Shown piece by piece: positions 9,190 through 21,176 of a stretch of 64,000 bases of DNA (the stretch's first letter is position 1; every line of letters begins with the position of its first letter). The stretch covers positions 928,001 to 992,000 of the forward strand of contig OZ244621.1 in NCBI GenBank assembly GCA_965218425.1, given 5' to 3'. Position numbers and translations under genes: made by a program. The stretch comes from an uncultured Candidatus Binatia bacterium. GTDB taxonomy: Bacteria > Desulfobacterota > Binatia > UBA9968 > CAXXLF01. The notes under the pieces were generated by a model. That model was given only the letters and a program-made list of their open reading frames with translations, did not search any database and had not been told where the DNA came from.

Positions 9190-11607
9190 ATGAAGCTCAC
9201 CTACAACTGGCTAAAGGAATTTGTGAATCTACCGACCGGTGGTGCCGAAGACGAAGGGCCGCAAAGGATCGCTCGATTGCTAACCATGGCCGGCCTCGAG
9301 GTGGAATCCATACAAGCTACCGGTCAAGGCCGGGACATCGTTGTGGCTCGTGTCACCGATGTTCGCCCCCACCCCAAGGCGGATCGCCTTTTTCTATGCA
9401 CTGTGGATTTTGGCGGGGACGCCCTCCAGGTGGTTTGTGGGGCTCCCAATGTTCGAGTGGGGATCAAGGCTCCCTTGGCAAAGGTCGGCTCGGTGCTACC
9501 GTCCGGTCTCAACATTAAGACCGCAACCATACGGGGAGAACCCTCTCAGGGCATGCTTTGCTCTGAAAATGAGCTGGGTCTGTCAAAAGACCACGAGGGT
9601 ATCCTGATCCTGCCCGAAGATGCACCCATTGGGCTAGCGCTATTTTCCTATTTAGGCATGGATGACTGGATCCTGGAGGTGGGAGTTACCCCTAACCGGG
9701 GGGACTGCCTGGGGATCCTCGGCATGGCTCGAGAGATCGGCACCCTCACCGGCGCAAAGCTAAAGTCTCCTCCCATAAGCCCCCAGACCAAGGACGCCAG
9801 TCTGGCTCGATTGGTACAGGTACGTATAGAGAACCCCGAACTCTGCCCCCGATATTCCGCCAGGATGGTCACCCAACTCGAACTCAGGCCATCTCCACTG
9901 TGGATGCGGTTTCGGCTCGAGGCCTGCGGGGTCAGGTCTATCAATAACGTGGTGGATGTCACCAACTACGTAATGCTGGAAACCGGCCAACCCCTTCATG
10001 CCTTTGACATGGACCGGCTAAACTCAAAGCGGATTGAAGTACGGCCGGCAAAACTGACCAAGAAATTCGTAACCTTGGACGGCGTCGAGCGGGAGCTATC
10101 CGCGGATGACCTGCTAATTTGTGACGGGGAAACGCCTGTGGCACTGGCGGGTGTTATGGGTGGGGCCAACTCAGAGGTGGGTCAGGATACACGCTCCGTG
10201 CTGTTGGAAAGTGCCAATTTTACGCCCCAAAGCATTCGCCGCACGGCAAAGCGTCTGGGACTGCACAGCGAAGCTTCCCACCGATTTGAAAGATGGGTTG
10301 ACCCTGAAGGGACCCTTATCGCCTTGAATCGCGCGGTTTTCCTGTTGGAAAAAGTTAGCGGCGGCCGGGCCGTTCCAGGGGTTGTGGATCGCTATCCCCG
10401 TAAGTTCAAGGCCGCTCCCGTCGTTATACGGGATGAAAGGGTTAAAGAGCTCCTTGGCATCGCCATCAACCGTAAGAAGCTAGAGAAAACATTCAAATCC
10501 CTGGGAGCTAAGATACAAGGGCATTCGAAGAGCGCCCTCAAGGTCTCTCCCCCCTCTTACCGCTTCGACCTCAGCAGGGAGGCGGATTTAATTGAAGAAC
10601 TGGCGCGATTGCACGGCTATGAGAGAATACCATCAACCCTGCCATTGGTGAGACCTCAGGGCAGTCGGATGGATCCGACGCTGCGCTGGGGTCGACGACT
10701 ACGCTCCTATTTAACCGGAGAGGGTCTCACAGAGGTTATCAATATCCCCTTTACATCCCCAGAAATGAACAAGTGTTTCCAAGGGCTGTGGGATGATCAG
10801 GATAAAGCGGTGGCAATTCTCAACCCCTTGAAACAAGAGAGTTCTCAAATGCGGATGAGCCTGATCCCCGGATTGCTAGAAAATATGCGCCTGCAAATCG
10901 ATCAGAGGGTCACTCGGTTCTCGGCCTTCGAAATAGGTAAAGTCTTTCACCTGACCCCGAGCGGTTCTAAAGGTGAGAAAAGGGTTTTAGCCGGCCTGCT
11001 CTATGGTTCCAGGGAACAGATGGGTCTCAGAACCGAAGACTTTCCCCCGTCTTTTCTGGATGTTAAGGGCTTACTGGAGGGGATCCTTGAGGCCACTGGG
11101 ACAGAGGAAGGCGCCGCTTGGACAGGCGAGGATTTGCCCTCTTTTCTCCATCCGGGCAAGGCAGCCACCCTGAAGCAAAATGGGCACAAGATGAGCTACT
11201 TAGGGGAGATTCGTCCTGACCTCTCCACCCGATTTAGCCTCCCCAATTTCCTCATTTTTGAACTTGACTTCGAAAATTTGGTTCAGTATGCTCGCCTTGA
11301 TCTAACGGTCCGCGCCCTGCCCAGATTTCCATCTGTTGAGCGGGACTTAGCCATTGTTGTTGATGAAAAGTTTCCCGCCCTGCAGATTATCAATTGGATA
11401 AAAGGCTTTGGTAACTTACTCATAGAGGATGTGCGAATCTTTGACCAATACAGTGGCTCTCCAATCCCAGAAGGTAAAAAAAGCTTAGGCTACACAGTCT
11501 GTTACCGCGCAAAGGACAGAACATTGACCGACGAAGAAGTCAATTCTATCCACCACAGCTTAATTTCTAAGATGCGTCAAGAATTTGGAGCCACTTTGAG
11601 GGAGTAG
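9190..11607 (+). CDS. pheT: Phenylalanyl-tRNA synthetase beta subunit
   Basis: VVCGAPN, TPNRGDCL, NNVVDVTNY, GQPLHAFD, C-terminal FDX-ACB (RTLTDEEV). Confidence 0.98.
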   Translation: MKLTYNWLKEFVNLPTGGAEDEGPQRIARLLTMAGLEVESIQATGQGRDIVVARVTDVRPHPKADRLFLCTVDFGGDALQVVCGAPNVRVGIKAPLAKVGSVLPSGLNIKTATIRGEPSQGMLCSENELGLSKDHEGILILPEDAPIGLALFSYLGMDDWILEVGVTPNRGDCLGILGMAREIGTLTGAKLKSPPISPQTKDASLARLVQVRIENPELCPRYSARMVTQLELRPSPLWMRFRLEACGVRSINNVVDVTNYVMLETGQPLHAFDMDRLNSKRIEVRPAKLTKKFVTLDGVERELSADDLLICDGETPVALAGVMGGANSEVGQDTRSVLLESANFTPQSIRRTAKRLGLHSEASHRFERWVDPEGTLIALNRAVFLLEKVSGGRAVPGVVDRYPRKFKAAPVVIRDERVKELLGIAINRKKLEKTFKSLGAKIQGHSKSALKVSPPSYRFDLSREADLIEELARLHGYERIPSTLPLVRPQGSRMDPTLRWGRRLRSYLTGEGLTEVINIPFTSPEMNKCFQGLWDDQDKAVAILNPLKQESSQMRMSLIPGLLENMRLQIDQRVTRFSAFEIGKVFHLTPSGSKGEKRVLAGLLYGSREQMGLRTEDFPPSFLDVKGLLEGILEATGTEEGAAWTGEDLPSFLHPGKAATLKQNGHKMSYLGEIRPDLSTRFSLPNFLIFELDFENLVQYARLDLTVRALPRFPSVERDLAIVVDEKFPALQIINWIKGFGNLLIEDVRIFDQYSGSPIPEGKKSLGYTVCYRAKDRTLTDEEVNSIHHSLISKMRQEFGATLRE

Positions 11608-11637
11608 TGGAGGAAATCGTATAAGGGGAGTCAAAAA

Positions 11638-11922
11638 ATGACCAAGGCAGATATCATAGCCCGAATCTACGAGAAAGTGGGTTTCTCCAAAAAAGAGGCT
11701 ACGGACGTTGTGGAGGCTACCTTTGAGATCATTAAAGGTCATCTGGAAAAAGCTGAAAAGGTTAAGATTTCCGGATTCGGAAACTTCGACGTCAATACTA
11801 AGAATCCAAGAAAAGGAAGGAATCCACAGACCGGGGACGAAATTACCATCAAGGGACGCAAAGTCCTTACCTTCAAGCCAAGCCAGATCCTGAAGAAATC
11901 CATCAATACGCCTTCGGCCTAA
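11638..11922 (+). CDS. ihfA: Integration host factor alpha subunit
   Basis: VKISGFGNF, GRNPQTG; conserved position after pheT. Confidence 0.93.
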   Translation: MTKADIIARIYEKVGFSKKEATDVVEATFEIIKGHLEKAEKVKISGFGNFDVNTKNPRKGRNPQTGDEITIKGRKVLTFKPSQILKKSINTPSA

Positions 11923-11931
11923 ATTGACGTC

Positions 11932-12285
11932 ATGCCGCCCCAACTCCCCGACAAGCTTTACTTCAAGATCGGAGAAGTCAGCAACATCGTCGGGGTTAAA
12001 CCCTACGTGCTACGTTACTGGGAATCCGAGTTTGAACTACTCAAGCCCGGTAAGGCCCCGTCGCGTCATCGATTGTATAAGAAAAAGGACGTGGACCTCT
12101 TGATGGAGATCAAAAAGTTACTCTATTCAGAGGGATACACCATTGAAGGTGCCAGAAAAAAACTCAAGGAAGGGAAGAAAGAAGACCGACGGCAACTCCG
12201 CCTGCCCCTCCTGGATCCCGCCTATAAGAGTACGCTGCTAAAAATCAGGAAAGACCTTAAATCACTCCACAAAAAACTTTCCTAA
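11932..12285 (+). CDS. MerR-family transcriptional regulator
   Basis: KLYFKIGEVS...VLRYWESEF, GYTIEGA; conserved position after ihfA. Confidence 0.93.
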   Translation: MPPQLPDKLYFKIGEVSNIVGVKPYVLRYWESEFELLKPGKAPSRHRLYKKKDVDLLMEIKKLLYSEGYTIEGARKKLKEGKKEDRRQLRLPLLDPAYKSTLLKIRKDLKSLHKKLS

Positions 12286-12390
12286 TCGCTTACCCTGCTG
12301 CCTGACTTCAAGCCGACCCTCTTTGAGGGTAGGCAGTTGACCCGTCATTTCCATGCCAACCTCTGCGGCAATACTCTTAAAGGGATTTCT

Positions 12391-12451
12391 TTCCGTGTCC
12401 ATCCGCGTAAATCCGCGGTTGATCGATTTTGTCGCTTTGCGCCTTTGCGTG
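12391..12451. repeat. Short degenerate tandem REP-like motifs
   Basis: TTCCGTGTCC-ATCCGCGTAA-ATCCGCGG (10-nt period) followed by CTTTGCGC-CTTTGCGT (8-nt period). Confidence 0.5.
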
Positions 12452-12564
12452 ATTCATCTTCTTCCGAAGCCAGCCTTTATTCCCACCAACCTATCGAATT
12501 GCCGCCGCTGATATTGCCACACCCACCCTGGAGGCACAAATGAAAATGGGTTAGTGACGCGCAA

Positions 12565-12595
12565 TTGACCCAACTCCTAAGGAATGTTACATAAT
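12565..12595 (+). promoter_or_regulatory. Putative sigma70 promoter for tRNA-Pro
   Basis: TTGACC 12565-12570 then TACATA/CATAAT at 12588-12595, about 20 nt before the tRNA. Confidence 0.45.
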
Positions 12596-12615
12596 CTTGT
12601 GGTGCGCTGATTTGT

Positions 12616-12692
12616 CGGGGCGTAGCGCAGCCTGGTAGCGCACACGCTTGGGGTGCGTGTGGTCACCGGTTCAAATCCGGTCGCCCCGACCA
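12616..12692 (+). tRNA. tRNA-Pro(GGG)
   Basis: CGGGGCG/CGCCCCG acceptor stem, CACGC-TTGGGGT-GCGTG anticodon arm, GGTTCAAATCC, encoded CCA. Confidence 0.97.
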
Positions 12693-12801
12693 ATCCTCTA
12701 CCCGGGAGAGGAAACATGCACAGAGAAATCTGGCACATCCCAAGCACATATTTTCCCATTCGTCTCAACGAACCGGATAATATCCTCCAGTTCCACTTAT
12801 A

Positions 12802-13467
12802 GTGAAGATTTTTGGCAGGCACTCACTGAACCCCCAGACGGCCAGAGAAAGGATGGTCCGAGAGCATTTGCTGACTCGGGGCATCAAGGACCCGCGGGTG
12901 CTACAGGCAATGACAAAGGTTCCGAGGCACCTTTTTGTGGATAGCGCCTTAGCGGATCGCGCTTACGATGACGAACCACTCCCCATTGGAGAGCGACAAA
13001 CCATCTCCCAACCCTACATGGTGGCATTCATGTCAGAGGCCCTGGAGCTCACCGGGAGAGAGCGGGTCCTCGAGATCGGCACTGGATCAGGTTACCAAAC
13101 CGCGATTCTGGCAGAACTCTGCCTTAACGTATTCTCCATTGAAAAGTTCGGCCCCCTTGCCGAGAAAGCAAGGACTCTTCTGGATGAGTTAAACTACTAC
13201 AATATCGCGCTTCATGTGGGGGACGGAACACTGGGCTGGTCCGAACACGCGCCTTTTGATGCTATAATTGTAACCGCTGGTTCTCCCGAATTACCTCAAC
13301 CGCTCATTGCTCAATTGTCCATTCGCGGCAGGATGATTCTTCCCATAGGGAATGAACGATCTCAAATGCTCAAACGTTTCCGACGAACGGCTTCAGGGTT
13401 GCGTGAAGAAGGCTTGGGGGATTGTCGTTTTGTCAAACTATTGGGGAGATACGGTTGGCCCGATTAA
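12802..13467 (+). CDS. pcm: Protein-L-isoaspartate O-methyltransferase
   Basis: QTISQPYMVA, VLEIGTGSGYQTA, APFDAIIVTA. Confidence 0.96.
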   Translation: MKIFGRHSLNPQTARERMVREHLLTRGIKDPRVLQAMTKVPRHLFVDSALADRAYDDEPLPIGERQTISQPYMVAFMSEALELTGRERVLEIGTGSGYQTAILAELCLNVFSIEKFGPLAEKARTLLDELNYYNIALHVGDGTLGWSEHAPFDAIIVTAGSPELPQPLIAQLSIRGRMILPIGNERSQMLKRFRRTASGLREEGLGDCRFVKLLGRYGWPD

Positions 13468-13542
13468 CCCCGGTCCCGATTTCCATCCGATCGCCCCTCC
13501 ACAGGCTAATGATCACAACCCGATAACCTCTGATGTCAACGG

Positions 13543-14322
13543 ATGAAGGATGCTCTACGAGAATCTTCCGCTCCATCTTCTGTCGGATTGGGATTACGAT
13601 CCGGGGTTAACTGTTTTGTATTTTCCCTTTTTTGCTTAATTTTCCTGGACGCCTGCGTCTCACCTCCCCGCCCGCCTCAACACACGGGCCAACCACGTCA
13701 GCCACTCACGCCAAGAGCCCAAGGAATTTTCCATGTAGTCAAGGCAAAGGAAAACCTCTTTCGAATCGGCAAAGCTTACGACGTGGACTATCGTCGCCTC
13801 GCCCGCATGAATAGGATTGCTGACCCGGCCCAGATTCGTATGGGTCAGAGAATTTTCATTCCTGGGGCCACAATGCAGCTCCCCGTGGAGATCATTACAC
13901 CCTCAAAGGCTATCTTGAAGCCGCCCCGAAAACTCAAGCCAAGGGGCAAGGGAAAGAACGGCTTCGTCTGGCCTCTCAAGGGAAAGTTGACCTCAAAGTT
14001 CGGTCCTAGAGGGAAGAGCTTCCACGACGGGGTGGACATTGCAGCTCCCACGGGGACCCCCATCCGCGCCATCCAAAAAGGGAGGGTCCTTTTCAGCGAC
14101 AAATTGCGTGGATACGGGAACATCATCATTATTCGACACCCGGGTCGGTATGTATCAGTATACGCACACAATCGGAAGAACCTTGCCCGCAAGGGACAAA
14201 GAGTGGCACAGCGGCAGGTCATCGGGGAGGTGGGTAGTACGGGAAGGGTCACAGAACCGCACCTCCATTTTGAAATCCGCAGGTATAATACGGCGAGGGA
14301 TCCGCTTTATTACTTGCCCTAG
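13543..14322 (+). CDS. nlpD: LysM + M23 peptidase lipoprotein (NlpD-like); start uncertain
   Basis: Lipobox-like LDAC, LysM (HVVKAKENLFRIG), HDGVD and HLHFEIR; follows pcm. Confidence 0.85.
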   Translation: MKDALRESSAPSSVGLGLRSGVNCFVFSLFCLIFLDACVSPPRPPQHTGQPRQPLTPRAQGIFHVVKAKENLFRIGKAYDVDYRRLARMNRIADPAQIRMGQRIFIPGATMQLPVEIITPSKAILKPPRKLKPRGKGKNGFVWPLKGKLTSKFGPRGKSFHDGVDIAAPTGTPIRAIQKGRVLFSDKLRGYGNIIIIRHPGRYVSVYAHNRKNLARKGQRVAQRQVIGEVGSTGRVTEPHLHFEIRRYNTARDPLYYLP

Positions 14323-14341
14323 TTATGCTAGCTGAGTTTGT

Positions 14342-14878
14342 ATGGACAAGGTCATTCAAGACATTCGCAGGATTATACGTGACATCCCTGACTTTCCTAA
14401 ACCCGGGATCGTATTTAAGGATATCACTCCCCTGTTGAGTAGCGCCCCACTGTTCAAGCAGACCATTGACCTCATGGCCGAACGCTACCAAGGCCAAAAA
14501 GTGGATATGGTCCTAGGTATCGAGTCGCGTGGCTTCATCATTGGCGCCGCCCTAGCCTATACCTTGGGGTCCGGCTTTTGCATCGTTCGCAAGCCCGGGA
14601 AGCTTCCCTACGAGACCCATTCTGCCGGTTATCAACTGGAGTACGGTTCTGACGCACTGGAAATTCACCGAGACGGGCTTCGGCCCAGCTCTCGGGTCCT
14701 CATCGTGGATGACCTCCTGGCTACTGGGGGAACGGCCGCCGCCGCGGCCGAGTTGGTATCACAGCTCGATGCAGAGGTGGTAGAGTTTGCCTTTGTCCTT
14801 GAACTTTCTTTTCTCGAAGGGCGAAAGCGGCTCGATCCCCGCAGCGTTTACTCCATCGTCCAGTACGATACGGAGTAG
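14342..14878 (+). CDS. apt: Adenine phosphoribosyltransferase
   Basis: PDFPKPGIVFKDIT, ESRGF, RKPGKLP, VDDLLATGGT. Confidence 0.97.
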   Translation: MDKVIQDIRRIIRDIPDFPKPGIVFKDITPLLSSAPLFKQTIDLMAERYQGQKVDMVLGIESRGFIIGAALAYTLGSGFCIVRKPGKLPYETHSAGYQLEYGSDALEIHRDGLRPSSRVLIVDDLLATGGTAAAAAELVSQLDAEVVEFAFVLELSFLEGRKRLDPRSVYSIVQYDTE

Positions 14879-14940
14879 CACGGGGCCAAGGGCTCTTGGC
14901 CGGGAAAACGTGATTTCAAGCCTACGCCATAGGCCTTTCC

Positions 14941-14968
14941 TTGACAATGACCGGTAATGTTTTATACG
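14941..14968 (+). promoter_or_regulatory. Putative sigma70 promoter for nuoI-like/thiC
   Basis: TTGACA 14941-14946, 16 nt, TATACG 14963-14968. Confidence 0.45.
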
Positions 14969-15001
14969 TGAAAGATATAAGATTTGGGCCAGTGTAACTC
15001 A

Positions 15002-15571
15002 ATGAAGCGCGTAGAAGAAATGGGCCTTTGGGAAAGGATCTATTTACCGGAGGTTTTCCGTGGTCTCATGCTGACCGGCTACCGGTTTTGGCGCAATCTT
15101 ACTATCCACGCGCTCCATCTATTCGGCTGGGCCCAGCATCTCGAAGCGGCCATTACCATCCAATACCCCGATAAGCGGCTCCCCTACCCCGAAACCTTTC
15201 GCGGGCGACACCGGTTAACTCTGAAAGATGACGGCTCACCCCATTGCACCGCTTGCTTTCTATGCGCCACCGCTTGCCCTGCGGAATGTATTCACATAGA
15301 AGCAGGGGAATATCCGGACAATCCCGTGGAAAAGTTTCCCGTTCGATATGAAATCGACACCCTACGCTGTATTTACTGTTCCCTTTGCGTCGAGGCCTGT
15401 CCCTGTGACGCCATTCGCATGGATACGGGTGTCCACCCGGCCAATTGGGGTTTTTCTCGCAAGGACTTCGTGGAGGACAAAGCACTCTTGATGGATCGCT
15501 CCCGACAACTGGAGCAAAAAGGCCCCGAGGGACTCTATGAGGAGCATGTGAGTCGCTATCGTCACGTTTAG
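15002..15571 (+). CDS. nuoI: NADH-quinone oxidoreductase subunit I-like 2x[4Fe-4S] protein, stand-alone
   Basis: TIQYP...FRGRHRL, CTACFLCATACP, RCIYCSLCVEACPCDAI. Confidence 0.85.
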   Translation: MKRVEEMGLWERIYLPEVFRGLMLTGYRFWRNLTIHALHLFGWAQHLEAAITIQYPDKRLPYPETFRGRHRLTLKDDGSPHCTACFLCATACPAECIHIEAGEYPDNPVEKFPVRYEIDTLRCIYCSLCVEACPCDAIRMDTGVHPANWGFSRKDFVEDKALLMDRSRQLEQKGPEGLYEEHVSRYRHV

Positions 15572-15587
15572 CCTTTTCGGTCGGTGA

Positions 15588-17603
<2,016 letters not shown>

Positions 17604-17647
17604 AGATAGGCCACAAGAACCAAGCCACCGCTTCCAAGACGAACTCC

Positions 17648-19942
17648 TTATTTTCTCTCCAGCACACCCAGAGCGCGCAGGACCTTCTCCGGGGTAATAG
17701 GTGTCGAACGGACGCGCACCCCCACCGCATCATAGATGGCGTTTCCTATGGCAGGTGCCACGCAGGGGATAGACACCTGGGCAATGGCCTTGGACCCAAA
17801 AGGACCTGGTCCGTCGCCATTTTCCAGGATGATGGCACGAAAGGATTCCGGGATATCAGTCATTAAAGGAAGTCGATACTGAAAGGGATCGGCGTTCTGC
17901 AGCTGGCCATCCTGGTAGTGGAGCTCTTCATGGAGGGCAAGACCTAAGCCCATGGTTGCGCCTCCCTCAATCTGTCCCTTGGCAGAGGGATAGTGCAATG
18001 CCATTCCCGCATCCGCAACGGTGACGAACTGGAGCAGTCGAACATTCCCGGTCTCTCGATCCACCTCCACCTCGGCTGCGCCCACCCCTGGAGCCCAGTG
18101 ATCATGGCCACCGAAGCTCGCCGACCCATGAGAACGAGAGGGCTGATAAGAGCCCCGTCCCTCGATTGAAGCACCCGAATCCAACGACCGCTGAACCTCG
18201 GCAAAGGTCAAACTCACCCCTCCGCGCCAGGCTCGTCCCCCACCCGTTCGCCACTCGTCCGGGTTGCCCCCTTTGATTTTCGCAGCCTGAGCCACGATTT
18301 TCTGCAGGAGATCCGTGCAGGCCCCGTGGACCGCACCCCCCATCTGCAACGTGGTGCGCTGGGAGCTGGTGCCCGAGAATTTTAACTCGTTGGTGGTATC
18401 CGGCACTCCCACCTCCACCTGGGCCTGCGGCACGTCCAATGTCTTTGCCGCCACAACACTGATCATGGTATAGGCCCCCTCCCCCACATCCGGCGCGTTA
18501 TGAGAGATGGCAACCCGTCCATCGGAGCCCAGGGTCGCCAGCGCTTCCGCCGTACCCACGTGGGAACCCCGGCGCATTGAAACAGAGACCCCGCGTCCTC
18601 TGACGACCCGCGCCGCCGCATCACGCGTCTGGGTTTTCTTCTCATGGGGATCCCAGCCGATTCCTTTCATTGCCTTTTGAATAAGATCAGACAGATGGGT
18701 GTCCACCGGCGGGGTCACGGCCTTGGATTCCTTGCCCCCCCGTTTCCAAAACTCTGGCGCGATGTATTCTCCCCAGCGCAACAGATTCTTCAAGCGAAAC
18801 TCTACCGGATTCATTCCCAGCCGATGTGCTACGTTGTCCATGGCACAGTCCACGGCAAAGGTGGTCTGGTTCTTCCCGGTGTTGCGAAACGGGCCGCAGG
18901 GCACCTTGTTTGTAAAGACAGTACGTGCCCGAACCCGAAAGTGAGGCACCCGGAAGCCACCCATGGACGAAGTCATGATGTTGTTCAAGATGATTGTCGC
19001 ACCGGTATAGTAACCACCGGTATCCACAAGGGCATCCACGTCGAGACCAAGAAGTGTGCCGTCTGCCTTGACCCCGATTCGCGCCTTGTAAACCATGTTA
19101 TCCTTCGCAGAGGCCCGAAAACTCTCTTCATCTGTAACGACATACTTGACGGGTCGCCCGATCCGGCGCGAGAGCGCAGAGGCCACCAGTGCCTCCTCGG
19201 ATTGATCCTTACCTCCGAAGTTCCCACCCACGAAAGGCACCCGTACGCGCACCTTCTCTCGCTCGAGCCCAAAAAGATGAGCGGCTGTATCCGCCACGCG
19301 GTGGGGGCTGTTGGTGGGCACCCAGAGGTCCAGCATTTCATCGGTAAAATTCACCAACGCGGAACTGGCTGGTTCCATGGGATGGTGGTAAACGTTCGGG
19401 CAACTAAAGGTCTCCTCAAAAACGTGCCGGGCCTCTTTCATGGCGCCGTCCACGTCTCCCCATTCCATATTATCCTCTCTGGCTAGATTGGACCCATGTG
19501 CCTCGTGAACCAGGGGAGCGCCAGGTGCCAGGGCCTCCTCAGCGGAGAACACCGGCGTTAAAATCTCGTACTCCACATGGACTCGTGCCGCCGCCTGGCG
19601 CGCGGCGCGCAGGTCCACGGCCGCAACCATGCCTAAAAAGTCGCCGTCGTAGCGGACCTTGTCCATGCTGACGGTGATCTGGTCGGCCGCCGTTCGGGTG
19701 AGATTGATGTGAGTGGGACCCACTTGATCCATGCGAATTACCCCATAGACGCCGGGCATACGTTCCGCCTCCGATGAGTCGATGGAAAGGATCCGGGCAT
19801 GGGAGTATGGGCTACGAAAAGCGGCCGCAAAGGCCATACGCGGCAAATGGGGAAGGTCGTCCACGTACTTTGCCTGGCCTGTGACCTTTTCCAATGCGTC
19901 AACGCGGGTGTGCCCGCGATTCGTCTCAGCAGGCGTGCTCAT
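17648..19942 (-). CDS. Xanthine oxidase/CoxL-family molybdopterin-binding large subunit
   Basis: KVTGQAKYVDD, RSPYSHARI, GGNFGGK, AEVEVDRETG, GQIEGG, NAIYDAVGVRV...PITPE. Confidence 0.93.
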   Translation of the reverse strand: MSTPAETNRGHTRVDALEKVTGQAKYVDDLPHLPRMAFAAAFRSPYSHARILSIDSSEAERMPGVYGVIRMDQVGPTHINLTRTAADQITVSMDKVRYDGDFLGMVAAVDLRAARQAAARVHVEYEILTPVFSAEEALAPGAPLVHEAHGSNLAREDNMEWGDVDGAMKEARHVFEETFSCPNVYHHPMEPASSALVNFTDEMLDLWVPTNSPHRVADTAAHLFGLEREKVRVRVPFVGGNFGGKDQSEEALVASALSRRIGRPVKYVVTDEESFRASAKDNMVYKARIGVKADGTLLGLDVDALVDTGGYYTGATIILNNIMTSSMGGFRVPHFRVRARTVFTNKVPCGPFRNTGKNQTTFAVDCAMDNVAHRLGMNPVEFRLKNLLRWGEYIAPEFWKRGGKESKAVTPPVDTHLSDLIQKAMKGIGWDPHEKKTQTRDAAARVVRGRGVSVSMRRGSHVGTAEALATLGSDGRVAISHNAPDVGEGAYTMISVVAAKTLDVPQAQVEVGVPDTTNELKFSGTSSQRTTLQMGGAVHGACTDLLQKIVAQAAKIKGGNPDEWRTGGGRAWRGGVSLTFAEVQRSLDSGASIEGRGSYQPSRSHGSASFGGHDHWAPGVGAAEVEVDRETGNVRLLQFVTVADAGMALHYPSAKGQIEGGATMGLGLALHEELHYQDGQLQNADPFQYRLPLMTDIPESFRAIILENGDGPGPFGSKAIAQVSIPCVAPAIGNAIYDAVGVRVRSTPITPEKVLRALGVLERK

Positions 19943-19979
19943 CTATTCCTCCGAGTGACAACCAACCCTTTTCACGCCA

Positions 19980-21176
19980 TCAAGCCAATTCCGGGGCATC
20001 CTCGCCCCGCACGTAAACCACCTTGTTCTTTTCCGGGTCACGAATAATATGCTTGGGGTCGCGTCCTTTACGCACATCCTCCACCCCTAGAAGGCACATG
20101 ACCCGCTGAGCGGTTAATACCTTGTCGTGGTAGCCAAGGTGTTCATTGCTGCGTTCAGCAATGGCCCCCTGGGTCTCATTAACCATACTGTCCTGGACCA
20201 GAAAACCCTTCACCGCGGACGCCTCGGTTCGGTTCGGGATACCCGAAATGGTATTGGCCTCTCCATATCGCCTGTAGTAATCGTTGTGTGGGCCGGGTGG
20301 ATCGTAAGGCATGTCCTTCGGCCACTCAAAGAGCTTGCCATCCTTGTCGGGGGGTGAGAAGTACACCTGAAATCTCCTGGTATGGGTATCGTCCATGGGC
20401 ACGTACCAGGACTGAAATTTCTGAATGAGGCTTCGGTCCCTAGGGCTACCCTGGATTCTCATAAAACCCGCCGGCAGAAAAAAGTGCGCATAGACCAGAT
20501 CCATAATTTCCCGACCAATGTCGGGCAGCAGCGACTTTTGCCAGATACCCCATTCCATTTCATGGAACTCAAGCTGGGGCTTGGGCATGGACGCCAGGCG
20601 GTGTTTGACCTTGGACCAATTGTCCATGTGGAGATAGGAAAAGTGAACCGAATCCACCGCACCTTCGACGTTCTGCAGATAGTTACTGTTGATGTCATAG
20701 AAATCCACCTTGCGGCTGCCGTCCTCTCTGATAAGCACTTCGTAGCGCGACAGCAGCGGCTTTTTGTCCGGCGGTCCCATATAGGCAAAGATCATCCCGC
20801 CAAGCTCCTCACATGGATAGGCCAAATGACGCACCCTCCCGCAAAACGGCTCCGGCTCAGCCGGTTGTTCCAAACATTGTCCTTCCACATCGTATAGCCA
20901 TCCGTGAAACGGACAGCGGATCCCCCCATCCTCCACCCGACCGTAGGCCAGAGAGGTCAGCCGATGGGAACAGTTCAGTCCCAGGAGCCCCGCGCGACCT
21001 TGATCATCGCGAAACAAAACCAGGTCTTCTCCCATAACCTTGACCTGCTGGGGTTTCCCACCCGAAGTTACATCCTTTGAAATCCCAACAGGCTGCCAGT
21101 ACCTGCGCAGCCATTCCCCGCCGGGTGTTCCTGGGTCTGTCTCGCACAGCAGCTCGTTCTGTTCCCTAGTTAACAT
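19980..21176 (-). CDS. Rieske non-heme iron oxygenase alpha subunit (phthalate 4,5-dioxygenase-like)
   Basis: Rieske CSH...CPFHGW; mononuclear Fe EGAVDSVHFSYLH and distal QD; N-terminal PGTPGGEWLRRYWQP. Confidence 0.92.
   Translation of the reverse strand: MLTREQNELLCETDPGTPGGEWLRRYWQPVGISKDVTSGGKPQQVKVMGEDLVLFRDDQGRAGLLGLNCSHRLTSLAYGRVEDGGIRCPFHGWLYDVEGQCLEQPAEPEPFCGRVRHLAYPCEELGGMIFAYMGPPDKKPLLSRYEVLIREDGSRKVDFYDINSNYLQNVEGAVDSVHFSYLHMDNWSKVKHRLASMPKPQLEFHEMEWGIWQKSLLPDIGREIMDLVYAHFFLPAGFMRIQGSPRDRSLIQKFQSWYVPMDDTHTRRFQVYFSPPDKDGKLFEWPKDMPYDPPGPHNDYYRRYGEANTISGIPNRTEASAVKGFLVQDSMVNETQGAIAERSNEHLGYHDKVLTAQRVMCLLGVEDVRKGRDPKHIIRDPEKNKVVYVRGEDAPELA

Noticed and set aside
12616..12800. Integrated element at tRNA-Pro or tRNA-Val
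   Set aside because: No integrase and no duplicated tRNA 3' end; housekeeping genes follow directly
18644..19486. 280-aa + strand ORF, and similar long antisense ORFs at 204-938, 21532-22392, 26881-27606 and 50905-51576
   Set aside because: Shadow frames opposite well-supported genes, with no recognisable motifs
17648..19942. Aerobic CO dehydrogenase CoxL
   Set aside because: Lacks the AYxCSFR active-site loop and coxM/coxS neighbours
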